Below are positions 17,972 to 26,682 of a stretch of DNA of 64,000 nt, in pieces. Below the pieces are notes generated by a model, which saw only the letters and a program-made list of their open reading frames with translations, was not told where the DNA came from and did no database searches. Origin of the DNA: a virus (lineage: Duplodnaviria > Caudoviricetes); IMG/VR virus record IMGVR_UViG_3300049009_000811, positions 32,001 to 96,000 of that record; one strand, given 5' to 3'. A program made the translations under genes and the position numbers. Numbering within the stretch: position 1 is the first letter of the stretch; every line of letters starts with the position of its first letter.

Positions 17972-18154
17972 ATGAATGAAGCCGAATATTTCATCGCGGT
18001 AAACGCCCGCCTGGACGCCCTCGAGGCTGCCCGGGAAGAAGAACCCAAAGCCGAGAAGCACTGGAAGGACCAGATAACCTGGTCCTGCGGCACGGAAGGC
18101 TGCTACGGAAGCGTGTCCGGGATCAACATGCCCTGCAGCAACTGCGGGGGCTAG
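17972..18154 (+). CDS. small Cys-containing protein (MNEAEYFIAVNARLDALEA...)
   Basis: Motif A (17919), RBS; terminator at 18160-18190. Confidence 0.7.
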   Translation: MNEAEYFIAVNARLDALEAAREEEPKAEKHWKDQITWSCGTEGCYGSVSGINMPCSNCGG

Positions 18155-18319
18155 GACGCAGCCCTGGTTTCAAAGCCAGGGCTTGCCTTTCCCGGCAAAC
18201 CGGTATACTGACCACCGGCGCAACCTGTCCCGGACATCCCGAGCCTGCGTCCGGAAGCCGTTCCCAATCAACCCGGAACCCCATCACCGTGTGGTGGGAA
18301 ACTTAAACCTTCAAGGAGA

Positions 18320-18547
18320 ATGAAAATGATCGAAGCAAAAGAAACCGAACGCCATGGCGGCGCCTACGACAGGGGTCGCGCCGACTCCTACTACAACCGC
18401 CCCCGGCTGCCCCATATGTTCGCCGGGGCGACATACGCCAGCCCGCAGGTCAACAAAAATGACATGACCGCGGAGCAGGTGGCGGATTACAACGCCGGCT
18501 ACAACTGGAACGAGGAGTTCGGGGACAAGAAGGACTGGGGGGGATAG
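18320..18547 (+). CDS. conserved-looking phage hypothetical protein (HGGAYDRGRADSYY...GDKKDWG)
   Basis: Motif A (18256), RBS. Confidence 0.75.
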   Translation: MKMIEAKETERHGGAYDRGRADSYYNRPRLPHMFAGATYASPQVNKNDMTAEQVADYNAGYNWNEEFGDKKDWGG

Positions 18548-18589
18548 AACCCCGGCTTCCCGCGGGAACCGGTGTACTGACCTCCGGAG

Positions 18590-19460
18590 CCAGTCCGGGT
18601 CGACCAGTCTAACCAGTATCACCAGTCTCATCGGGTCGTCCCGAGCCTGCGTCCCATCTTTCCGTGAACGCCCGTACATCGAACCGTGTCCGGGTCGACC
18701 GGTCTAACCAGTATCACCAGTCTCATCGGCGCGTCCCGGCGTCCCGGTTCGTCCAGTGAAGCCAGTAGATCCAGTCTCCCCGGCAGAACCGTCCGGGTCG
18801 TCCCGAGCCTGCGTCCCATCTTTCTGTGAACGCCCGTACATCGAACCGTGTCCGGGTCGACCGGTCTAGCCAGTATCACCAGTCTCACCGGCGTCCCGGC
18901 TTTCCAGTATCGCCAGTGAAGCCAGTATGACCAGTAGCGCCAGTAGAGCCTGCGTCCAGTGACTCCAGTGGAACCAGTGGAACCTGCCGGAACCGTGTCC
19001 CGAGCCACCGCCCGGTGGCTCCCGTCTGCCCGGCTCGCCGGGGAAGCCCCGAGACGCCACCGGGTTTCGACGATCCCACGCGAATCGACCGAGAACGCCG
19101 CCTCCGGGAAACCGAGCTGGAAACGGCGACGCAGCCTGGCGTCGGTCCAGTAGCGCCAGTAGATCCGGCAGGTCCGACCCGGCACGGGCGTTGTCCGGGT
19201 CGTTCCAGCCCGGTAAAACCTGTAGAACCGGTAGAGCCAGTCGCTCCATCAGGACCTGTCCGGGTCGTTCCCGAGCCTGCGTCCCGCAGTGATATTGAAC
19301 GCCCGTACATCAAACCGTGTCCGGGTCGTCCGGTCCCGGCATGACCTGTAGAACCGGTAGAGCCAGTGGAACCTGTCCGGGTCAGTCCCGAGCCCGCGTC
19401 CCTGGTCGCCCCGGTCCGACCAGCCGGGTATGACCTGTAGAACCGCGGTTGCCCGCGTCC
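18590..19460. repeat. about 870-bp repeat-rich region with near-identical 94-bp units (18632-18725, 18794-18887; degenerate 19261-19333) and 9-bp-periodic CCAGT arrays
   Basis: Direct reading; no RBS-led ORF with normal codon usage. Confidence 0.8.
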
Positions 19461-19532
19461 CGAAGCCGTTCCCGGGCAACCCGGCACCCTACCATCGTGT
19501 GGCGGGAAACGAAAACTCAAGGAGAATGAAAC

Positions 19533-19799
19533 ATGGATGCCAAGAAAATGAGCGACGCGAACCTGAAGGCTGCGTACTGGGCTGCTTACAACAAGAAGGA
19601 AGCCGCCCACCTGGCGTGGCGCACGGAGACCGGCTTCGGTCGGGTAGCCCCGGACCTCGAGGCTGCGTTCCGGGCAGCGTGCGCGGAGTACGAGCCGCTC
19701 CTCGACGAGTGGGACGCCCGGTTCTCGTCCGAAGAGGACGACGTACGCGCCCGCGAGGCGATCGCGGACCGGTACGAGGTCAACTGGAGCGAGGAATAG
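19533..19799 (+). CDS. hypothetical cassette protein
   Basis: Motif A (19464), AAGGAG RBS; hairpin at 19807-19831. Confidence 0.75.
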   Translation: MDAKKMSDANLKAAYWAAYNKKEAAHLAWRTETGFGRVAPDLEAAFRAACAEYEPLLDEWDARFSSEEDDVRAREAIADRYEVNWSEE

Positions 19800-20019
19800 A
19801 CCGGTAGCCCCGACCACGGGGCTTCACCTTTACCCCGGAAACCGGTGTACTGACCTCCGGAGCCCGGCACCCATGTCGCCGACCGGGTCCGGACCCTTCG
19901 GGCTGCGCGGACCGTGGCGGTCATTCCCCCTATATATATTGTATCAGGCGAGACGTCCGCCGGGAACGGGCGAGCCGAAGGGTCCAGCCGTTCGCCGGAT
20001 ACCCGGCACCCCATGGTCA

Positions 20020-20100
20020 CGCGGACCGGGGGATCAAGCCCGGTCCGCGTGAAGCTACGCGTAAACATACTCAACGAGCCGGGCTAGTCGCCCGGCTTAA
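20020..20100 (+). ncRNA. candidate small structured RNA
   Basis: Motif A (19986) followed by no RBS or ORF but two hairpins (GCGGACCGGG..CCCGGTCCGC; GCCGGGC..GCCCGGC), then motif B. Confidence 0.4.
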
Positions 20101-20170
20101 CTTGGACCGGCGACCGGTGTACTGACCTCCGGAGCCGGGCTACGTCTTACAGGTCGGATGGGGGGATAGC

Positions 20171-20545
20171 ATGCGCAAGGAAAACACGAAGGGTCTCGAG
20201 GGTTACAGGCTGTCGTACGTCACCAGGAAGAACGGGGTCGTCAAGACCATCACCGGCTACTGGGACGAGGACCTGTACTGGCTCATAGAGGACGCGAAGA
20301 CGGACGAGGGGTTCGTCGCGGTCGTCAGGGAGGCTGTCTTCCGCGGCGACACGGGATCCAGGGTCGTGCCGACCGGGACGCTGCACGGGATGATACCCGA
20401 GAGTTTCACGCTGGGCGAACTGGGATACTCGGAGATACCCATGGCTATCCCGGTGGAAGCCGGCGACGGCATACCCATGGCTATACCTGTCGGAACTGAC
20501 GGGGAGCTCGACGGGGACGAGCCGTGGGTCCTCAAGATGGTGTGA
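20171..20545 (+). CDS. hypothetical protein with duplicated IPMAIPV
   Basis: 124-aa ORF with typical codon usage. Confidence 0.65.
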   Translation: MRKENTKGLEGYRLSYVTRKNGVVKTITGYWDEDLYWLIEDAKTDEGFVAVVREAVFRGDTGSRVVPTGTLHGMIPESFTLGELGYSEIPMAIPVEAGDGIPMAIPVGTDGELDGDEPWVLKMV

Positions 20546-20893
20546 AGCGTTTTTTTGGCAAAGATTCTTTTGCGTAAATTAATTCGGAAAACCCCGGGGG
20601 GAAGACCGGGGGTGGGTACCCCCCGCCACCTATTACTGCCCCCTTTTGCTTGACCCTCCCCTTTTTGCAAAACCGGGGGAAGGGGAACCCGGAATTCTCC
20701 CGGCGGGGCTGTGGGATTGCGGAAAACCCCCGGAGAAAAAAAATCGCCGGGGGTTTTTCCGTTCTGTCTGTGGGGGAAAACGGTTTCTTCATGGGGCATC
20801 CGCAGGAATGGGATTGATGCGGTAGACTTTCCAGGCAGATAAAATCATGTTTGGCGCCCATCCGAATCGTTGACGCCAAGTTTGGTTTCCGCT

Positions 20894-21307
20894 TTACGCG
20901 AGTTTCTTGCCGCAGGACGCGCATTCCAGGCTTTCGATCGAGTTGATGAAAGCGCAGTCCCCGCACTTCTTCGTCTCGTTAACCTTTATGGTCAAGAGGT
21001 GAGCCTTGAGAGCCCCGACCAGTGCGCCGAGCAGCTTCTTTCCCGATGGATGGAGCTGGGTCGTGTTCAGCATGCCGTCAAGGTGGCTTGCGAGCTGGTT
21101 TTTGACGGAGTTGGCGTCGGTGCCCGGCAGACCGCCGCCGCACCCGTGGCAAGTGCCGCCCGGGGCGTTGCCCTCGGTGCCGCAGACCATGCACTTGATC
21201 GCTTGGGGCGCCGCTTCCTCCAGGAAGCCGTACGATACGTTCTCCTGCTTGACGCCGAGACCCCTCGATATAGTGTTCCACCATTCCTTCTCAGATAAGT
21301 TGTTCAT
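20894..21307 (-). CDS. double zinc-ribbon protein
   Basis: Four CxxC pairs; CATATATA box and AAGGAG RBS. Confidence 0.7.
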   Translation of the reverse strand: MNNLSEKEWWNTISRGLGVKQENVSYGFLEEAAPQAIKCMVCGTEGNAPGGTCHGCGGGLPGTDANSVKNQLASHLDGMLNTTQLHPSGKKLLGALVGALKAHLLTIKVNETKKCGDCAFINSIESLECASCGKKLA

Positions 21308-21382
21308 GATGCTCCTTTCCGTTATATATGTCGGAGTATTCAAGTTTGCCTACAATATATATTCGCATTCCGAGGGGGGAAG

Positions 21383-22222
21383 ATGCTGAAGCACGACCTG
21401 TTGGGCGATGACGAATGGGTTTTGATCAATCAAAGATGTCACGGGCAATTGGGCGACATCGTAATGTCTCTCAACCTGATGTACAACTTGGGAGTGGAGA
21501 CAGGACGAAGGTTCGAGATTGTCTGTTACGATGGCGCGGCAAGCCAGCTCCTCGATCTTTTCGATTACGGAATCTCGAGGCGGTCGGGAAATGCCCCAGT
21601 CGGTTCCGGAAACGAGCTTGGTCGTTCCGGGGATATAAACATCCTGCTGGATTCATCCTACCACTCCGTGTACGGAAAGATTGGCGGTCCCGAACGCTCG
21701 GCTATCGCCGCGCCGTGGGGCGTGGAGCTATACGGATTCTCCCCCGACAGGGTTTCCTGCTCAGCCTTCCCGCACAAGTTGAGGTCGTTCCGCCTCCCCC
21801 CGCGCAAGGTGAGCGCGTCTGGCGCGCGCGGAACGGCGTGCTGCCAGATGGACACCCGCTCCGCGCATCCTGGAAAGGACAGGTTCTCCACGGAGGAGGT
21901 CGACATGGCGAACTCCATGTTCGGCGGGAGGGACTCCGTCCACATCGGCGGACCGGGCACGGACGCGTACACCGGGGGATTGCGGACCCACTACGCCGCG
22001 CTGCGCGAGCAGAGCGAGTTCATCTTGGGATGCAGCGGGTTCTACGGGATCGACAGCGGCATGTCGCACCTCGCAGGGACTCTGGGAATGCCAGGCGACG
22101 TGGTGATACAGAATTCCGGCGAATTCGAATCTTTAAGTTACATGTACGGGTTGATGTACCCTAGCCTGCGGGTTCACAGGAGGTCGGTTCTGGAAGGAGT
22201 CGTGGGGAGAGAGCCTCGATAA
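21383..22222 (+). CDS. glycosyltransferase family 9-like (heptosyltransferase fold)
   Basis: LGDIVM N-terminal and GIDSGMSHLA C-terminal motifs. Confidence 0.65.
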   Translation: MLKHDLLGDDEWVLINQRCHGQLGDIVMSLNLMYNLGVETGRRFEIVCYDGAASQLLDLFDYGISRRSGNAPVGSGNELGRSGDINILLDSSYHSVYGKIGGPERSAIAAPWGVELYGFSPDRVSCSAFPHKLRSFRLPPRKVSASGARGTACCQMDTRSAHPGKDRFSTEEVDMANSMFGGRDSVHIGGPGTDAYTGGLRTHYAALREQSEFILGCSGFYGIDSGMSHLAGTLGMPGDVVIQNSGEFESLSYMYGLMYPSLRVHRRSVLEGVVGREPR

Positions 22223-22255
22223 GGAAATTTCCGAATACATGTCCTAAGGGGGAAG

Positions 22256-23092
22256 ATGCTGAAACACGACCTGTCCGCCGGCGCCGAGGAGCGCCTCTAC
22301 ATTGGTTCGGGGATACACCTCGGCGACGTGATCATGTCGCTGAACATCATGTACAACCTGAGCCTCGAGAGCGGCGTGAGGTGCGCCGTCCCGTGTTCCG
22401 AGGGCGACAGGGTCAGCCAGCTCATGGGAATATTCGACTACGGCGGCGTCCTCGTAGGCTGCCCTTTGACGAAGACCAGGGGCACGCCGCGAGTCTGCCC
22501 CGGCACGTCCGCCTCCGAGGCTGTCTCGACCGCCAGCAGGCTCGTGGGAAGCACCAGGTCGAAGAGCCTCGGCGCGTTCATGCGCTGGAAGGCTGAGACG
22601 GAAGCGGGCAAGGAGTCCCCGCACATGTTGAGGTCTTTCCGGCTGCCGCCGAGCAGGGTCGAGCCTTCCGGGGTACGCGGGGCGAGGTGCTGCCAGATGA
22701 ACACCAGTTCCCCCCTCCATGGGAAGGAGAGGTTGTCGAAGATGGAGGTCGACATGGCGAACGCCCTGTTCGGCGGGAGGGACTCCGTCCACATCGGCGG
22801 ACCTGGGACCGACACGTACACGGGCGGCTTGCGGACCCACTACGCCACGCTGCGCGAGCAGAGCGGGTTCATACTGGGGTGCAGCGGGTTCTACGGGATC
22901 GACAGCGGCATGTCGCACCTCGCCGGGTCTCTCGGTCTTGGGGGGGACGTGGTGATACAGGACACCAACGAGGAGGACATCGAGTGCATCACGGGGATGT
23001 ACGGGTTCATGTACCCCGGGATGAGGACGCACAGGAGGTCGGTTCTGGGAGGGGTCGCCCCCGGGCGCGGGATGTCGGCGCTGCTACAGTGA
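22256..23092 (+). CDS. glycosyltransferase family 9-like, tandem paralog
   Basis: LGDVIM and GIDSGMSHLA; C-terminal half near-identical to the 21383 ORF. Confidence 0.65.
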   Translation: MLKHDLSAGAEERLYIGSGIHLGDVIMSLNIMYNLSLESGVRCAVPCSEGDRVSQLMGIFDYGGVLVGCPLTKTRGTPRVCPGTSASEAVSTASRLVGSTRSKSLGAFMRWKAETEAGKESPHMLRSFRLPPSRVEPSGVRGARCCQMNTSSPLHGKERLSKMEVDMANALFGGRDSVHIGGPGTDTYTGGLRTHYATLREQSGFILGCSGFYGIDSGMSHLAGSLGLGGDVVIQDTNEEDIECITGMYGFMYPGMRTHRRSVLGGVAPGRGMSALLQ

Positions 23093-23599
23093 GAACTTCG
23101 CGAGGAACAAATCTATGTCGGCGAGGAGGTCTATGTTGCTCTCCACCTTACCCCTGTCCCAGTCCCACCACCTTATCTCCATCAGCCTGTCTATCACGTC
23201 CCTCTCGAACCTGTACCTAATGACCCTGGCGGGGTTCCCAGCCACCACGGCGAACGGGGGGACGTCCTTCGTGACGACCGCCCTGGCGCCCACGATGGAC
23301 CCGTGACCGATGGTGGTGCCGCCGAATATCATCGCCTCCGTGCCGACCCAGCAGTCCGAGCCTATCTCGATCGGACCCTTGTCCCTGCCCGTCGGGTAGT
23401 TCGAGTCCGGGTAGTGCGACCTGAACCTGAAGTTGCTCACGGTCGGGTGGTCCGCGGAGGCGTGGTCTATCGGACCGCCGCAGAGGAAGGTGACCCTCCT
23501 GGCTATCCCGGAGTAGTTCCCCACGGTTATCCGCCCGTTCGGGAAGTACACGACGCAGTCCTGGTTTATTGTCGATAGCGTGCCAAGGGTTATCCCCAT
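23084..23599 (-). CDS. CatB/Vat-type hexapeptide O-acetyltransferase
   Basis: IEIGSDCWVG, IGHGSIVGARAVVTKDVPPFAVVAGNPARVIRYRF, WWDW. Confidence 0.85.
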   Translation of the reverse strand: MGITLGTLSTINQDCVVYFPNGRITVGNYSGIARRVTFLCGGPIDHASADHPTVSNFRFRSHYPDSNYPTGRDKGPIEIGSDCWVGTEAMIFGGTTIGHGSIVGARAVVTKDVPPFAVVAGNPARVIRYRFERDVIDRLMEIRWWDWDRGKVESNIDLLADIDLFLAKFSL

Positions 23600-23836
23600 T
23601 CGTCTGTCTCCGGTTGGAACACGTTGCGCGGTGCGCTGTTTCGCCGCTGGCATCATAGCGGATCTTAGCCTCGCCTCCAAGGCGTTTTTCGCGGGGACAA
23701 TTGGAATTGACGTGTTTTTTCGGTTCTGCTAGATTCACGCATCGCGTCGGGACGAAGAATTGCCGTGGGTGGGAATTCCGAAGAGGCAACGCGTTGTTGC
23801 CGCCCGGGGCGGTTCAAAAAGAAAGGTAACAATGTC

Positions 23837-24544
23837 ATGTATTCAAAAGAAAATGTCAGCCGCCTCATGGGTAGCGATGAATCAATTTATAATGCGGGAA
23901 ATTTTGATCCCATTGGAACACTCGACAAGAATATAAATTTTATAAACGAAAAGTACAATGGACAATTCAATAAAACAGAGGTTTTGTCGACATCATACAC
24001 AGAGGGCGACAAAGAATTTGCGGTCATCACATGTCGCGACATGACATGTTTAAATGAAAACAAACTTTTAATGTATCTTACCACTGGGAAAGATGCAAAA
24101 AGATTAATGCCGAAAATTCAAATGGCAGTTAACGAAAACAAGCAACTGTCATTTGTGGAATTTGTGATGTTTCTTTCCTTTAATGATATTGAAACCGAAA
24201 GAGATGCTTTTGGAGTTGATTCGAATGAAGATGGGCAAATGGAAAAATTCAAATCTTCAGTAACAGGATACAAGCATGACCCATTGTATCCTCCTCTGCC
24301 AAAAGAACCCCATGGTTCCTTGTCCGGCATAGGGTTCATCTATGACGAAGATATGGACGAAAGGGTTTTAATGGCAATAGAACTAGTAAAACACATGAAA
24401 AACGTCGTGGCAGTTCATGAGCATCAAGGCACTTTGGCAATTTACAGTAAAGATCCTTGCGAAATGGAAGAAATAGAAGTGTATGGCGACAATTGGTCTG
24501 TTGACAACTATGTGCCAGAAAACGGAAAATGGGTCGAAGTATAG
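23837..24544 (+). CDS. hypothetical protein (AT-rich)
   Basis: Long ORF with RBS. Confidence 0.7.
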   Translation: MYSKENVSRLMGSDESIYNAGNFDPIGTLDKNINFINEKYNGQFNKTEVLSTSYTEGDKEFAVITCRDMTCLNENKLLMYLTTGKDAKRLMPKIQMAVNENKQLSFVEFVMFLSFNDIETERDAFGVDSNEDGQMEKFKSSVTGYKHDPLYPPLPKEPHGSLSGIGFIYDEDMDERVLMAIELVKHMKNVVAVHEHQGTLAIYSKDPCEMEEIEVYGDNWSVDNYVPENGKWVEV

Positions 24545-24663
24545 AAAATGAGACTCCATTCCATAAAAGGCATTCCCTTGGAACACGTAAGGTCGATATT
24601 GTATGAAAACAAAGTTAGATGAAGAATTGTATTCTAAATTCTAAACCGCACAATTAAAATCAT

Positions 24664-24999
24664 ATGGAGACAAACGACATGGCGACTATTGATGAAGTCA
24701 TAGAAGAATTACAAGAAATGAAGAATCAAAAAGGGAATACAGGAGAAACAAGAATTATACCTTGTATTTTCAAAAAGGAAGATTTCAAAATATCCCCAGA
24801 AGAATGGGATGAGTATATGGAATCATACTCATTCGTGGGACCCGGAGTTGAGCCCCATCTCCATATGGATATCCGATATAAAATCAGCGAACACATTAAA
24901 GAACATGTGACTATGGTGTCGAAATATAGAGAACAACAAAAAGAATATAGAGAACAACAAAAAGGACGCCGCAAGGGTGGCAGCCGAAGCCAGGAATAA
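24664..24999 (+). CDS. hypothetical protein
   Basis: AT-rich ORF with a 21-bp duplication (YREQQK x2). Confidence 0.65.
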   Translation: METNDMATIDEVIEELQEMKNQKGNTGETRIIPCIFKKEDFKISPEEWDEYMESYSFVGPGVEPHLHMDIRYKISEHIKEHVTMVSKYREQQKEYREQQKGRRKGGSRSQE

Positions 25000-25026
25000 G
25001 ATGCACGGCACTTTCGGGAGGGTGAA

Positions 25027-25251
25027 ATGATACACGAGTTCAGGAACCCCATGCCGGTGGAGACGCCCCTGGGCTACGGCATGCTGGTGTACGTGAGGGA
25101 CGGCGGCGCGTTCTCCAACGACGTGTTCGCCATAGTCTCCGAGTCGGACGGCGTGCTGCGCCACTACCGCAGCGGTCAGTTCAGGTTCCTCCCGAACCCG
25201 ACTTTCGACATCCAGAACAGGGGCGAGATCAGGGAAACCAAGGACATATAG
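25027..25251 (+). CDS. hypothetical protein
   Basis: GGAGG RBS. Confidence 0.7.
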   Translation: MIHEFRNPMPVETPLGYGMLVYVRDGGAFSNDVFAIVSESDGVLRHYRSGQFRFLPNPTFDIQNRGEIRETKDI

Positions 25252-25266
25252 GAACAGGAGGTCCAC

Positions 25267-25479
25267 ATGGACACTTTCGAGAACGCGTCGCCGCCCCACG
25301 AGCAGCCGGACAAGGTGCTGGCGAGATGCTGGGAATGCGGCGAGACGAAAATGTGCTTCGAGCACATCGTCTGCTGCACGGGAACACACTTCCACACCTG
25401 CGTGAAGTGCAGGGAAGCCATAAACCGCAGGGAATACGTCTATTCCCATACCGAACCGGGGGCGGAATCCAATGCCTAA
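25267..25479 (+). CDS. small Zn-finger protein
   Basis: CWEC...CVKC; AGGAGG RBS. Confidence 0.65.
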   Translation: MDTFENASPPHEQPDKVLARCWECGETKMCFEHIVCCTGTHFHTCVKCREAINRREYVYSHTEPGAESNA

Positions 25480-25630
25480 CGTTAACCCACCACCAGTGAG
25501 CCTCGCGCTCGCCCCGCACCTCGTCCTGATACTGGAGCAGATAAGGAGCGAGGATCTGCCCCTTTACGAGGAGATACTCCGCACGATAGAGCTGAAACTC
25601 CAGACCCTCGAAACAGGCAAGGCTTTATAA
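25472..25630 (+). CDS. 52-aa hypothetical protein
   Basis: Overlaps the upstream stop and fills the operon gap. Confidence 0.5.
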   Translation: MPNVNPPPVSLALAPHLVLILEQIRSEDLPLYEEILRTIELKLQTLETGKAL

Positions 25631-25640
25631 AGGAGAGGAC

Positions 25641-26114
25641 ATGGCGTCATCGCCCTTCATCAACGACATACCGGCTGCGTACATCCGTTCCGTGCTAGAG
25701 ATAGACCCGGGGAGCGAGACCGGTCTCACCTGGAAGCCCAGGGAGTCCGCCCCCAAGCAGTGGAACACCAGGTACGCCGGGAAGTCTGCCGGCTACAGGC
25801 ACGCCTCCAAGAACACGGAGAGGGAGACGTGGAGGGTCGACGTCAAGTACGGGGAGAAGGTCTTCAAGCTGTACGCCCACCGCCTAGTCTGGCTTCTGAA
25901 GGAGGGGGAGATAGACCCCGACTTAGAGATCGACCACGCCAACGGGAATCCCCTGGACAACGGGGTTGAGAACCTGAGGCTGGACACCAAGTCTAGGAAC
26001 ACGCGGAACAGGAAAGCGCGCCCGCGGTTTCCCCATGGTCTCCATCCAGTTTTCCCAGTAACCTATCCCGAGCCGGCGCGGGCGCCGGCTGCAACCGAAA
26101 GGATTTCGCGATGA
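25641..26114 (+). CDS. HNH (homing-type) endonuclease
   Basis: AHRLVW...IDHANGNPLDNGVENLR; C-terminus may be truncated or frameshifted. Confidence 0.8.
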   Translation: MASSPFINDIPAAYIRSVLEIDPGSETGLTWKPRESAPKQWNTRYAGKSAGYRHASKNTERETWRVDVKYGEKVFKLYAHRLVWLLKEGEIDPDLEIDHANGNPLDNGVENLRLDTKSRNTRNRKARPRFPHGLHPVFPVTYPEPARAPAATERISR

Positions 26115-26254
26115 ACACGATTGAGTTTTTCCAGGAACTGGCGTATGATGCGTTCACGGTGCCGCTGTTCTGGCTCCTGCGCAACTGGGCTACCGCCCTG
26201 CCGGCAGCCATGTTCGCCGGGACCGCGCTTGCGGTAGCGCTCCTGCTTTCCTGA
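26111..26254 (+). CDS. small membrane protein
   Basis: ATGA overlap; hydrophobic. Confidence 0.5.
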   Translation: MNTIEFFQELAYDAFTVPLFWLLRNWATALPAAMFAGTALAVALLLS

Positions 26255-26278
26255 AACCTTTCCCCGGAGGACGACCAG

Positions 26279-26641
26279 ATGTCGAAGATGAGCAACCTTC
26301 TCGAAGCCGCGGAGGCTGCCAGGGCGGCAGCCAAGGCTTCCGACGTGGCGCACGACGCCTACCTTTCCTACTCCAACGCGGTCTTAGCCTCGTACAGGTG
26401 CAACCTGAAGGTCGTCATCGCCTCGCTCAACTGCGAGACGGACCGCTCGGAGGAGAACCTCTCAGCCCTAGCCGAAGCCGAGTCGGAATCGTCCGAAGCG
26501 GACGCCGCGGCGAGCGGAGCAAGGTCTGGGGCGCTGGCTGCCGACCACTACGCCAAGGCTGCCGCGAGGAAGGCTTACGAGGCTAGCGTGAGGGACAAGG
26601 GGGCGAGGTTTCCCGGTCTCGGGCTGGGGCGAGGAAAATAG
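26279..26641 (+). CDS. Ala-rich hypothetical protein
   Basis: GGAGG RBS. Confidence 0.65.
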   Translation: MSKMSNLLEAAEAARAAAKASDVAHDAYLSYSNAVLASYRCNLKVVIASLNCETDRSEENLSALAEAESESSEADAAASGARSGALAADHYAKAAARKAYEASVRDKGARFPGLGLGRGK

Positions 26642-26682
26642 ACAGAAAAGTTAATATGGACCCGCGGGTGGCTCGCCCGCCG

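Larger units (their letters stand above)
817..20017. promoter_or_regulatory. motif A: dispersed 32-bp promoter-like element AGCCGTTC-N11-GG(A/C)ACCC-[TATCAT-like hexamer], often followed by CGTGTGGYGGRAAAC and an AGGAGA RBS (35 copies in this span)
   Basis: Plus-strand starts: 817, 1663, 5526, 5853, 6162, 6540, 7524, 7761, 8235 (N10), 8584, 8966, 9970, 11881, 12616, 12921, 13939, 16040, 16356, 16590, 16946, 17607, 17919, 18256, 19464, 19986. Minus-strand 5' ends: 4321, 4782, 5387, 5485, 11271, 11811 (degenerate), 14827, 15084, 15411, 15891. Nearly all point into an ATG some 20-45 bp beyond the hexamer. Confidence 0.85.
3680..20133. repeat. motif B: dispersed 20-bp element CCGGTGTACTGACCTCCGGA (15 copies), mostly just downstream of terminators
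   Basis: Plus strand: 5812, 6121, 8925, 10278, 14243, 16317, 16911, 18200 (variant), 18569, 19842, 20114. Minus strand: 3680-3699, 5493-5510 (truncated), 15104-15123, 15431-15450. Confidence 0.92.

Noticed and set aside
817-20017. Classical integron attC sites
   Set aside because: No RYYYAAC...GTTRRRY long imperfect palindromes and no IntI in the window; these cassettes carry their own promoter-like element.
817-20133. CRISPR array interpretation of motifs A and B
   Set aside because: Spacing is irregular (hundreds of bp), orientation is mixed, the intervals are whole genes, and there are no cas genes.
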